From Sedimentisphaerales bacterium (GTDB taxonomy: Bacteria > Planctomycetota > Phycisphaerae > Sedimentisphaerales > SM23-30), in assembly GCA_963663965.2 (NCBI GenBank), contig CAXXFK010000025.1:128001-192000 (forward strand): a stretch of DNA of 64,000 nucleotides, read 5' to 3'. The notes under the pieces are model-generated. The model made no database searches, was not told where the DNA came from, and saw only the letters and a list, made by a program, of their open reading frames with translations. Shown piece after piece: positions 20,394-29,858 of the stretch (positions are counted from its first letter, which is position 1; every line of letters begins with the position of its first letter). A program made the position numbers and the translations under genes.

Positions 20394-23300
20394 ATGCGAG
20401 GCCCTTTCTGCGCTCGACTGTTTATTATACTTGTTACCGGGTGTTTTCTGACCGTCGGAATCCATTGCCTCTATGCCGATAGTATCGCGATTTTCAATGA
20501 AATTTCGTACCATCCAACTGCAGAAGCAGATGGGGAATGGATCGAATTGCGTAATCTGTTGGCAATTGATCTGGATGTGTCCGGGTGGTCCATTGCGGGT
20601 GGAGTCGATTATCGATTTCCAGATGGGACCATCCTTGCCGCAGATGGATATCTGGTGATCGCGGATGATCCGGACGCACTGATTCAATTGACCGGTCTGG
20701 CGACAGTATTGGGACCGTTTGAAGGCAATTTATCCAATTCGGGCGAAGAACTGATTTTACTGAATAACGATCAGCGGGTTATGGATGTTCTCGATTACCG
20801 TGATAGCGGTGACTGGCCGGTCGCGCCGGATGGTTCAGGTGTTACGCTGGCTCGACGCGACAGGGTTCTGGCTGCTGGCGATCCGGGTAACTGGATGGCC
20901 AGTTATCAAATGGGAGGGACTCCGGGCCGGACTAATTTTCCGGACGAACAGTCTCAGTCGATTCGCCATTCCCTGATACCGTTTAATGACAGTTGGCGTT
21001 ATAATGATTGGGGTGTCGATTGGGGCGATTCCTGGCGGCAGGTTGGTTTTGATGACTATCTCTGGCTGACAGGTGAGGCGGGATTTTATTCCGGACAGGT
21101 ATTGGTTGGTGCGAATCCAACACCGATCACGACACTTTTCAGTACAGGGGTTGGGGAAAATGACCAGGTTTTATCACCAGGACAGAGCGATCCACATTAT
21201 TTTATGACAGCCAGTCAAAATCCGGTCATCGTGATGCAGAATCATTCTGCCTGGGTTGCCAATGATGCCGGATCCATGTGGGTGGGATTATCGGCCCAGG
21301 GAACGGATAACCAGCCGGCCGGCAATTATTCATTCAGTACGACATTCGATCTGACGGGATGGCTGCCGGAAACCGCGAGTATCAGCCTGCGGGTCGCAGT
21401 GGATAATGAACTGCTCGACGTTAAAATTAACGGAGTGAGTACCGGTGTTTCGGTCAGCGGGCACGCCGCGTTCAGTGGTCCATTTACGATAACCAGCGGT
21501 TTTATCGCCGGGATCAATCAATTGGAGTTTTTATTTTCCAACTGGGATACTTACGCTAATCCAATGGGATTGCGATTGGAACTTTCCGGCACAGCCCGGC
21601 CAGTGCTGGGCCGGACATCGGTTGCCGAGGGGCCGGTTACTCATTATTTTCGTAAGGCGTTTAATTATAATGGCGATACTACTTCCAGTGTGAATCTTCT
21701 GCTGGATTGGGTAGTAGATGACGGCGCTATCTGTTATTTGAATGGCGTTGAAATTTATCGATATAATCTAGCAGATGGAGAGGCAGGCTATCATACCCGG
21801 GCAGAGGTGGATATTGTTAATCCGCAAAGTAATGGGATTATTTCCATTCCAACAGATTTACTGACGCCCGGTACTAATGTCGTGGCAGTCGAAGTCCATC
21901 AATCGCAACAGGACCTGGATGTGGCGTTTGCGGCGACTCTGGACGCCATCGAAACTCCGATGACACCCGATACGATTCCGGCGATCGCTTTCAATGAACA
22001 GTCCGGATTGCGTAACGGCGCATTCTGGATGGAGTTGGTGAATTATGGGGATGAGACATATAATCTATCGGGGATGATCCTGGCGTGTGCGGGCGATGTC
22101 AGTGGAGAATATATTTTAACTTCCGGCGTTTTGATGCCGGGTGAATTCTTGTTGCTGAGCGAATCTGAACTGGGATTCCGGCCGGCGGATGAAGACAAAC
22201 TGTTTTTGTATACTCCCAATAAGTTTAGTGTAACGGATGGCATGGTGGTTAAAAATTCGCCCAGGGCCCGTTACCCTCAGGCAACCGGCGCCTGGTGTCA
22301 CCCGGTAACAGCCACGCCGGGTGGGGGAAACCAGTTTAATTTTCAACGCGATATTGTTATCAATGAAATTATGTACAACCACAGTTTACTGCCTGGAACA
22401 GACGCGGTATATGAAACGAGATCTGTTATATCACCGGGAGCGGCTGTTAAGGTTAAAGTGCCGAAGGATAATTCGGCCGGGCAACTCTGGACGGGGGTGC
22501 AGGAACCGTTTGACGATAGTGTCTGGACGGATGCCGATGGAATGGTCACGGGTGTGGGATATGAACGGGATAGCGGCTATGAGGCCTGGATTGGCGCGGA
22601 TGTCGAACAGAAAATGTACGATGTGAATCGCAGTGTCTATCTGCGGATCCCATTTGAATTGACGAATGTGGATGCTGTTGATGAGTTACGGCTGAAAATG
22701 CTTTACGACGATGCGTTTATTGCCTATATCAACGGCCAGGAGGTTGCCCGCAGTGTTTACGCGCCGGCATCGGCGCAATGGGATTCCGGCGCTGGCGGTT
22801 CACATGAAGCAACAGATTATGAGATTTTCGAGCTGAGCGCTGTTCGTGATGTGCTGGTGGAAGGCCAGAATATACTGGCTATTCATGGTTTTAATTACGG
22901 AGTTACCAGTACGGATTTGATTTTTCTGCCGGAATTAGAAGTCCGACAGATGATTACTCCGGCGATGCCGCCGGGTGAGTCGGGCCAGGAATGGATTGAA
23001 TTATATAACAAAGGGGCTGTTGCAGTCGACTTGACCGGCTGGGAACTGGAAGGCGGCGTCTCGTATGAATTTGAAGAGGGCGAAAGCCTGGCTCCGGATA
23101 CTTATCTGATTATTGCACGTCAACCGGATAACATGGTGGATCTATGTCCGGTTCAGACGCAAATTGTCGGACCGTTTGATGGCCGGTTATCCAATAAGGC
23201 GGAAAGCCTGATATTAATAGACAGTGTAGGTAATATAGCGGATCGGGTCGATTATTACGATGGCAAGCCCTGGCCGGGATACGCTGATGGCTATCGCAGC

Positions 23301-26300
23301 AGTCTGGAATTGCGTAATCCGCTTGCCGATAATGCAAAAGCGGAGGCCTGGCGTGCCAGCGATGAGAGTGTCAACTCGGCCTGGCAGACGTATTCCTATC
23401 GGGCAGTGGCTCAGAGCAGCGCGCTGGGGCCGGATGGTCAGTGGCAGGAGTTTGTACTGGGTTTGTTAGAATCGGGTGAAATCTGGCTGGATGATATTTC
23501 TGTGGTGGAGGATCCCGATGGCTCGGCAATCGAATTAATTCGGAACGGCGCCTTTGAATCCGGCGTTACGGCCTGGCGGTTGCTGGGTAATCACGGGCAT
23601 AGTGAGGTAATTGTCGATCCGGACCAGCCGGGCAACTCGATATTGCGTCTGGTCGCGACCGGTTCGGAAGGCCATATGCACAATCATCTGGAAACGACGC
23701 TGGCCAATGGCCGGGCGATCACCAATGGCCGGACATATGAAATATCCTGGCGGGCCCGCTGGATAGCCGGCAGCAACCTGCTCAATACCCGGCTGTATTT
23801 TAACCGGGTGGCCAGGACGACCGCGATCGCCCAACCGCAGATCAACGGTACTCCGGGGCGTGTGAATCGTTGTTTTGAGACGAACATTGGTCCGACCTTC
23901 TGCGATTTAATCCATCAGCCTGCGGTACCACAAGCCGGTGAACCGGTCGTTGTGACGGTGGCGGCCTGTGATCCTGATGGTGTGGCCGAAGCGTTGCTCT
24001 GGTGGCATATAGACGGTCAGGCATGGAACAGTGTTGCCATGACTAAGAATTCGGCGGATCACTATAGCGCGATGATTCCCGGTCAGGTATCCGGTACGGT
24101 GGTCCAGTTTTTTGTTCAGGCCCAGGATGGTTTGGGAATGAACGCTGCTTCCCCGGCGGGAGGGGCCGCTTCCCGGGCTTTATATCAAGTGGAAGACAGC
24201 CGGGCGGCGACAAATGGTCTGCATAATTTACGCATTATTATGCTGGCTGATGATTATAACTGGATGCATAATTCCATCAATTTGATGAGCGATGACCGGC
24301 TGGGCGCCACGGTTATTTATAACGAGAAAGACATTTATTACGATACCGGTGTTCGTTTGAAAAGCAGCCAGCGGCATCGACTGGTTGCGGCTCACGTCGG
24401 TTTCAATATCAGTTTTCCCCGTGACCGGTTGTTTAACGGCATTCATCAGACCATTGCCATCGATCGTTCTGAAGGGGTATTGGCCGGCCAGCGGGAAATG
24501 CTGGTGAATCTGGTGCTGAACCGGGTGGCGGGTTGCCAACTCAGCAAGTACAGTGATCTGATCCGGGTGATTGCCCCGGCAACGCAGCACAGCGGGGATG
24601 CGGAGTTACAATTGGCCCGCTTCAATTCTGAGTTTCTGGATGCTCAGTTTGCCGATGGCTCGGATGGCCCGTTATATGAGTATGAATATATTTATTATCC
24701 CCGCTATACGCTCTCCGGAGATGTTCAGGATTATAAGATCCCCAATGATGATGGGGTGGTTTCGAATGGCTCAATCCGGGATCAGGGCAGCGATCCGGAA
24801 AGTTATCGCTGGCAATATTTAAAGAAGAATAACCAGGACTTGGATGATTTCGGTTCACTGATGGATTTTGCCCGGGTATTTGGGTTAACCGGAACCAGTT
24901 ATCTTGAACAGATATCCGATGTCATTGATGTCGATCAGTGGTTGCGGATGTTTGCCGTGGCAGTGGTTCATGGGGCCGGGGATCATTATGGCGGCGACAA
25001 CGCTCAACATAATATGCAGCTTTATCAGCGCCCATCCGATGGCCGGATGCTCTATTTTATTCACGATCTGGATGCGTTCTATACGGCTACGCGTCCGCTG
25101 ATTGCCAATACCGATTTAAGCAAACTGATGGCTAATCCTGCCTGGGAACGGCGGTATTACGGCAATGTTTATGATGTGATACAGACCGCCTATAATACGG
25201 CTTATTTGCAGCGATGGACCAATCAGATAGGGGCTTTGCTGCCGACGCAGTCGTTTGCCTCTCATCTGTCTTTTGTCGGACAGCGCAGCAGCTATTTATT
25301 GGGTCAACTGGCGGCCCGTGTTGCATCTCAGTACGCTTTTGCGGTAACGAATGAGAATTTCAGTGTCAAGGGCGTAGAAGCCCAGATTGGCGGTGAAGGG
25401 TGGATTGATGTCGACAAGGTTTATCTACAGGGATTCGAGCAACCTCTGCAACTGAACTGGTCTGCCAGCGGCAGTGGAACCGGCAGAAAATTCTATTGGA
25501 ACAGTGTTGTACCGCTCCAGCCTGGTGAAAATAATCTGGTATTGGAAGCCTACGATTTTCAAGGGCGTCTGGTTGGAACGGATACGGTGACCATTACCAG
25601 TCAGGCGGATGTTGTGCCGTTGCGTGAGTATTTGCGGATATCGGAAATCATGCCAGATCCATTGGGTGGCAAGGATTATGAATTTATCGAATTATATAAT
25701 ACCGGGTCTGAATCGCTGGATCTATCCGGTTTGAGTTTTGTTAATGGGATTGATTTTAACTTTACAACGGGCACGATAACAACGCTACCTGCGGGCGCGT
25801 ATCTGGTTGTTGTGAATGATATGAGCGCGTTTATTCAGCGCTATGGGACCGCTGGAATCGTCGTTGCCGGGGAGTACTCCGGCAGTCTGGCCAATGAAGG
25901 TGAGCGGATTGAACTGGCGGACCGCTGGGGTGCGCCATTGATCATATTTGATTATGAAACCGGAGATCCCTGGCCGTTGTCTGCGGAAGGTGCGGGTCAC
26001 AGCCTGGTGCCGTTGACATCGGCGATGGATTCGCAGCCGACGGGTTCACTGTCCTATGGCGGGAACTGGCGGGCGAGCGCGTATCGAAATGGATCGCCAG
26101 GTCAACAGGATCCGGAATTGCCTGTTACGCTGGTTCTGAATGAAATCATGGCCCATACCGATTACAGTGATCCGTTGCACAGTGAGTATGATTCTAATGA
26201 CTGGATCGAATTAATCAATCGGGCCGGTGCAGAAATTATTATTTCGCCCGGTAGCTGGTATTTAAGTGACAGTCCTGATCAATTGGATAAATGGACGATA

Positions 26301-27269
26301 CCGGGAATGACACTTGCCGCCAGCGCGATTATTAGTTTTGATGAAGTGACGGGATTTCATCAGCCCATCACCGAAGGGTTTGGTCTGAATAAGGCGGGCG
26401 AGGCGGTCTATTTGTCGTGGCTGCCCGTGCAAGGGCCGGGCCGGGTGGTCGATTGTGTGCGATTTGCCGCCCAGGAAAACGAGGTTTCTCTCGGTCGATA
26501 TCCTGATGGGCTGGGGTTCTGGGGAGCAATGGTTCCGACTCGCGATACGGCTAATCGCTATCCTTATCAACAGGTCTACATCAGTGAATTGATGTATAAT
26601 CCACTCGTCGATGGTTTTGAATATATTGAAATTACCAATCCAACCCATGTTGCTGTAGCCTTGTGGGATGCGATTACAGCAACCGGCTGGCGTCTCAATG
26701 GCGGAATTGATTATTCCTTTGGACCTGATGATGTGATTCCAGCGGGAGAGCGACTGGTCCTGGTTGACTTTACCCCGGATGCTGCCGGACTCGAAGCCTT
26801 TCGCCAGTATTATCAAACGGTTCCAGTCCGGATTGTCGGGCCTTATTCCGGCAGTTTATCCAATGGAGGCGAGTGTGTGGTACTGGAAAAACCGATATTG
26901 GCGGATAATCCCGATGATCCACTGGCGCTCTGCTGGGTGACCATTGACGACGTTTGTTATTTTGATCAGAGTCCCTGGCCGGTTCAGGCTGATGGCGGCG
27001 GCGCTGCGCTGGAACGCCGATCCAATCCATTCCCGGGTTGTGATCCACAGTCCTGGTTCGTCAATTCGGCGACCCCTGGAATTGCCAGATTCGATTTGGA
27101 TGCCAGTGGACTGGTCGACATGATTGATTTTAGCTACTTAGCCCAATCCTGGCTGAGTGTGCCGGATGATGCAGCCTGGAATTCCCGTATCCATTGGAAT
27201 GATGCGCCGGGCGAAATCATTGGCATTTCTGATCTGACAGAATTTGTGGATCAATGGATGAAGCCCTGA
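20394..27269 (+). CDS. Secreted lamin-tail-domain (LTD) / CotH kinase protein with C-terminal dockerin-like domain
   Basis: SD AAAGGAG, signal peptide. Six LTD-like starts (IFNEISYHP, AFNEQSG, VINEIMYN, RISEIMPDP, VLNEIMAH, YISELMYNP), mostly paired with WIEL.N/GxLSNxGE. CotH core GVRLKSS...IDVDQWLR...GDHY...HNMQLY...IHDLD. Tail FDLDASGLVDMIDFSYLAQSWL. Confidence 0.85.
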   Translation: MRGPFCARLFIILVTGCFLTVGIHCLYADSIAIFNEISYHPTAEADGEWIELRNLLAIDLDVSGWSIAGGVDYRFPDGTILAADGYLVIADDPDALIQLTGLATVLGPFEGNLSNSGEELILLNNDQRVMDVLDYRDSGDWPVAPDGSGVTLARRDRVLAAGDPGNWMASYQMGGTPGRTNFPDEQSQSIRHSLIPFNDSWRYNDWGVDWGDSWRQVGFDDYLWLTGEAGFYSGQVLVGANPTPITTLFSTGVGENDQVLSPGQSDPHYFMTASQNPVIVMQNHSAWVANDAGSMWVGLSAQGTDNQPAGNYSFSTTFDLTGWLPETASISLRVAVDNELLDVKINGVSTGVSVSGHAAFSGPFTITSGFIAGINQLEFLFSNWDTYANPMGLRLELSGTARPVLGRTSVAEGPVTHYFRKAFNYNGDTTSSVNLLLDWVVDDGAICYLNGVEIYRYNLADGEAGYHTRAEVDIVNPQSNGIISIPTDLLTPGTNVVAVEVHQSQQDLDVAFAATLDAIETPMTPDTIPAIAFNEQSGLRNGAFWMELVNYGDETYNLSGMILACAGDVSGEYILTSGVLMPGEFLLLSESELGFRPADEDKLFLYTPNKFSVTDGMVVKNSPRARYPQATGAWCHPVTATPGGGNQFNFQRDIVINEIMYNHSLLPGTDAVYETRSVISPGAAVKVKVPKDNSAGQLWTGVQEPFDDSVWTDADGMVTGVGYERDSGYEAWIGADVEQKMYDVNRSVYLRIPFELTNVDAVDELRLKMLYDDAFIAYINGQEVARSVYAPASAQWDSGAGGSHEATDYEIFELSAVRDVLVEGQNILAIHGFNYGVTSTDLIFLPELEVRQMITPAMPPGESGQEWIELYNKGAVAVDLTGWELEGGVSYEFEEGESLAPDTYLIIARQPDNMVDLCPVQTQIVGPFDGRLSNKAESLILIDSVGNIADRVDYYDGKPWPGYADGYRSSLELRNPLADNAKAEAWRASDESVNSAWQTYSYRAVAQSSALGPDGQWQEFVLGLLESGEIWLDDISVVEDPDGSAIELIRNGAFESGVTAWRLLGNHGHSEVIVDPDQPGNSILRLVATGSEGHMHNHLETTLANGRAITNGRTYEISWRARWIAGSNLLNTRLYFNRVARTTAIAQPQINGTPGRVNRCFETNIGPTFCDLIHQPAVPQAGEPVVVTVAACDPDGVAEALLWWHIDGQAWNSVAMTKNSADHYSAMIPGQVSGTVVQFFVQAQDGLGMNAASPAGGAASRALYQVEDSRAATNGLHNLRIIMLADDYNWMHNSINLMSDDRLGATVIYNEKDIYYDTGVRLKSSQRHRLVAAHVGFNISFPRDRLFNGIHQTIAIDRSEGVLAGQREMLVNLVLNRVAGCQLSKYSDLIRVIAPATQHSGDAELQLARFNSEFLDAQFADGSDGPLYEYEYIYYPRYTLSGDVQDYKIPNDDGVVSNGSIRDQGSDPESYRWQYLKKNNQDLDDFGSLMDFARVFGLTGTSYLEQISDVIDVDQWLRMFAVAVVHGAGDHYGGDNAQHNMQLYQRPSDGRMLYFIHDLDAFYTATRPLIANTDLSKLMANPAWERRYYGNVYDVIQTAYNTAYLQRWTNQIGALLPTQSFASHLSFVGQRSSYLLGQLAARVASQYAFAVTNENFSVKGVEAQIGGEGWIDVDKVYLQGFEQPLQLNWSASGSGTGRKFYWNSVVPLQPGENNLVLEAYDFQGRLVGTDTVTITSQADVVPLREYLRISEIMPDPLGGKDYEFIELYNTGSESLDLSGLSFVNGIDFNFTTGTITTLPAGAYLVVVNDMSAFIQRYGTAGIVVAGEYSGSLANEGERIELADRWGAPLIIFDYETGDPWPLSAEGAGHSLVPLTSAMDSQPTGSLSYGGNWRASAYRNGSPGQQDPELPVTLVLNEIMAHTDYSDPLHSEYDSNDWIELINRAGAEIIISPGSWYLSDSPDQLDKWTIPGMTLAASAIISFDEVTGFHQPITEGFGLNKAGEAVYLSWLPVQGPGRVVDCVRFAAQENEVSLGRYPDGLGFWGAMVPTRDTANRYPYQQVYISELMYNPLVDGFEYIEITNPTHVAVALWDAITATGWRLNGGIDYSFGPDDVIPAGERLVLVDFTPDAAGLEAFRQYYQTVPVRIVGPYSGSLSNGGECVVLEKPILADNPDDPLALCWVTIDDVCYFDQSPWPVQADGGGAALERRSNPFPGCDPQSWFVNSATPGIARFDLDASGLVDMIDFSYLAQSWLSVPDDAAWNSRIHWNDAPGEIIGISDLTEFVDQWMKP

Positions 27270-27278
27270 TAATCGCTG

Positions 27279-29858
27279 TCAGATCTGAGCGATACCCAGA
27301 AAGTCATAACTGAGCCTGGTTTGGAAGATTGAGATGCGAGCCAGGGCTTCGCGCAGGGCCTGGCGTTCGGAATCGGCCAGTTTGTCGATATCAAGCTCAT
27401 CGTTAACGCGGCGCAGATCTTCATGGCAGATGATCTGGTTATAAAAGCGTAAGCGCCAGAGTTGTTCAAAGGTGGCCAGCATATCGCGACAGGTGTCACC
27501 CTGAATGAGGTTGCGCTGCTTGAGCTGCTCGAGTCGCTGGACCGTTGCCGGCGCCGTGATGCCATTCTTAAGGGCATAGATGCGGGCAAAGTTGACAATG
27601 GGGATGATGCAGTCTTTGATGTTGATAGCGCGAATCCCGTTTTGTTCTTCCGTTCGTATCCGTCCAAAGACATTGAGTGGTGGCTGATAGGACAGGCAGT
27701 TGCGGGCGAAATGCAGCAAAAATTCTGGATGGTTATTCGTAGCTGAGATCATGTGTTGCTTGAGTGCTTCGGCCAGGGTTTCACTGCCATATAAACAACG
27801 GATATCAAAGATAGTGTGGATGTCGAGAATGGATTCTTTGAGCGCGGATTCGATCCGATCGGTAAAGCGTTTCTTCCACTCATCCAGTGTCAGGCACCAG
27901 GTGGGATTGACGGCCATAATGCCGCCCGGGCAGAACGGGTAGCCGGCCCGATCCAGTAACGTACAAACGCGATCAGCCAGTTTCAGGAAGTGCAATCGAA
28001 TACTTTCCAGCTGTTCCGGTGGTTGGTTGTCAAATATCAGGGCGTTGTCCTGATCAGAAAACAGCGTCATTTCGTGGCGTGCATTACTGCCCAGGGTAAG
28101 CCAGGTGAATTCAACCTGGGGAGTATTAAGCTGGTCAATAGTGAGTTGAATAAAACGACGCATGGTGGCTTCGAAGATGGTGCAAACCGCCTGCCGGATC
28201 GTATGGGACGGGATGTTGGCTAACATCATCTCTTTGACCATACCGCCCTGGCGGTTGAGGGTGTGAATAATATGGCCGGAGCTTTTGCTGTTTTGAATTT
28301 CCCGGATGAGGTCTGCGGGCAGGTTTTCGTTTGGCCTGGGCAACTTTTCGCTGTGATTTTGCAGCAATGGGTTGCGGGCGGTTATTTTACGAATAGAAAG
28401 AATATGGCCATTTTTTTCACTGAAGAAGATCCGTGAGGTGCGTAAAATGACGTCCAGCGGAGTACCACTTTTGGTTATGATCTGGGCTTCAAATTCACCG
28501 GCAGTAATCTGACCAGCTAATAGTTGCTCGATATGAGCGCGCGCTTCCTGATTGACCGGAATATCCGGAAGAAGGGTGGACCAGATCCGGCTGCCCGCCA
28601 ATTCCTCTTCACTGTAGCCCAGCATGCGCTGTAAGGTGAGATTGGAAAAGATGCTCTCCCCTTCAATGACCAGCAGATGGCCTTCGTTGGAGGCCTCAAC
28701 CAGGGCGCGATAACGTTCTTTGGCTTCCAGCAGTCCGGCCTCAGCCCGTCGCCGGTCTTTTTCAATCCGGTGACTTTGAGCGACCACATATATGATGACC
28801 ATGAACAGCAAGAGCGCGATGAGAACAAATATCTGGGTCAATCGGGTAGTGATACGGTCAATTTCTTCCTGGACGTCATGGATATATACCCCGGTACCGA
28901 TAATCCAGCCCCAGCGTGGAATAGCCCGGACATAAGAAAGCTTGGGAACGACCTTGGTGGCATCATCCATCCATTGCCAGTGATATTCCAGGTACCCTTC
29001 GCCATGGGCGCGGACGATATTGACAAACTCGACGAACAATTTCTTGCCGCTACGGTCCTGACTATCCTGGTAATCCGAAAGATCCTGACCGACCAGGTCG
29101 GGGCGGTAGGGGTGCAGAATCATCCTGGGATGCATATCGGTGATCCAGAAATAGTCTTTATTGTCCTGGCCGTAGCGCATGACCTGAATGTCGGAAATGG
29201 CTTTTTCCTGCGCTTGGGATCGGGTTAGTTGTCCGGCGATTTCCTGTTCGATATAACGATCAACAATCGAGGTGGCGGCCAGGGTCAGTTCGCGGATCAT
29301 CTCTTTTTTACGATCGACGATGATCTGGCGAAAGACCGGGATCTCAACCGTAAAAATAGCGACGACAAAGAGAATGATCGCAATCACGGTCGGCAATACG
29401 ATATGAAAATGGAAAGTCGATTCCCTTTTTTTATTATGTTCTTTACGGTGAAGGTAGGCTTTGCCCTTAAAGTAGTCTTCCAGTTCGATCTTGCTCAGAA
29501 TGGTTTCGCGGGCGGCGAGTTCTTCGTGGTCGTGATATTTTTCTTTAAAGGCGCCGTTGGTAAAATCACTGCGTTGTGGCAGATAACCGTTGTAATCATC
29601 CTTGAGATGCTGTTCAAACACCGATTGAATCTGTTCACGGGAATATTTGCCCTCAAACTCCGCGTAGGCATCTTCCAGCGCTTCACGACAGTGGCGAAAT
29701 TTGCGATGCTCGTAAGGATTATAATGAGAGTTGCGGCCGGATTGCAGAAATTCACCCAGACTTTCCGATTCGAAGAAACCATCGATCCACTTATGGATGT
29801 CTTCGGCTCGGATACCGAAGAGGGCTTCGGTATGATCGGCATGGGATGAAATTTTCAT
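27279..29858 (-). CDS. Membrane sensor nucleotidyltransferase: His-rich N-domain, TM, single Cache, TM, PAS, DUF294 NTase, DUF294_C
   Basis: Cache: MRYG...DYFWI.D..P.MILHP....L.G...D..GK.LF.EF......GEGYL.Y.W.....KLSYV....WGWIIGTGVY. PAS: ERYRALVE...N....MLGYSEEEL. NTase: LGSNARHEMTLFSDQDNAL, GYPFCPGGIMAVNP.W, FD.R..YG, NIK....PIVNFARIYAL......T..RL. Confidence 0.85.
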   Translation of the reverse strand: MKISSHADHTEALFGIRAEDIHKWIDGFFESESLGEFLQSGRNSHYNPYEHRKFRHCREALEDAYAEFEGKYSREQIQSVFEQHLKDDYNGYLPQRSDFTNGAFKEKYHDHEELAARETILSKIELEDYFKGKAYLHRKEHNKKRESTFHFHIVLPTVIAIILFVVAIFTVEIPVFRQIIVDRKKEMIRELTLAATSIVDRYIEQEIAGQLTRSQAQEKAISDIQVMRYGQDNKDYFWITDMHPRMILHPYRPDLVGQDLSDYQDSQDRSGKKLFVEFVNIVRAHGEGYLEYHWQWMDDATKVVPKLSYVRAIPRWGWIIGTGVYIHDVQEEIDRITTRLTQIFVLIALLLFMVIIYVVAQSHRIEKDRRRAEAGLLEAKERYRALVEASNEGHLLVIEGESIFSNLTLQRMLGYSEEELAGSRIWSTLLPDIPVNQEARAHIEQLLAGQITAGEFEAQIITKSGTPLDVILRTSRIFFSEKNGHILSIRKITARNPLLQNHSEKLPRPNENLPADLIREIQNSKSSGHIIHTLNRQGGMVKEMMLANIPSHTIRQAVCTIFEATMRRFIQLTIDQLNTPQVEFTWLTLGSNARHEMTLFSDQDNALIFDNQPPEQLESIRLHFLKLADRVCTLLDRAGYPFCPGGIMAVNPTWCLTLDEWKKRFTDRIESALKESILDIHTIFDIRCLYGSETLAEALKQHMISATNNHPEFLLHFARNCLSYQPPLNVFGRIRTEEQNGIRAINIKDCIIPIVNFARIYALKNGITAPATVQRLEQLKQRNLIQGDTCRDMLATFEQLWRLRFYNQIICHEDLRRVNDELDIDKLADSERQALREALARISIFQTRLSYDFLGIAQI

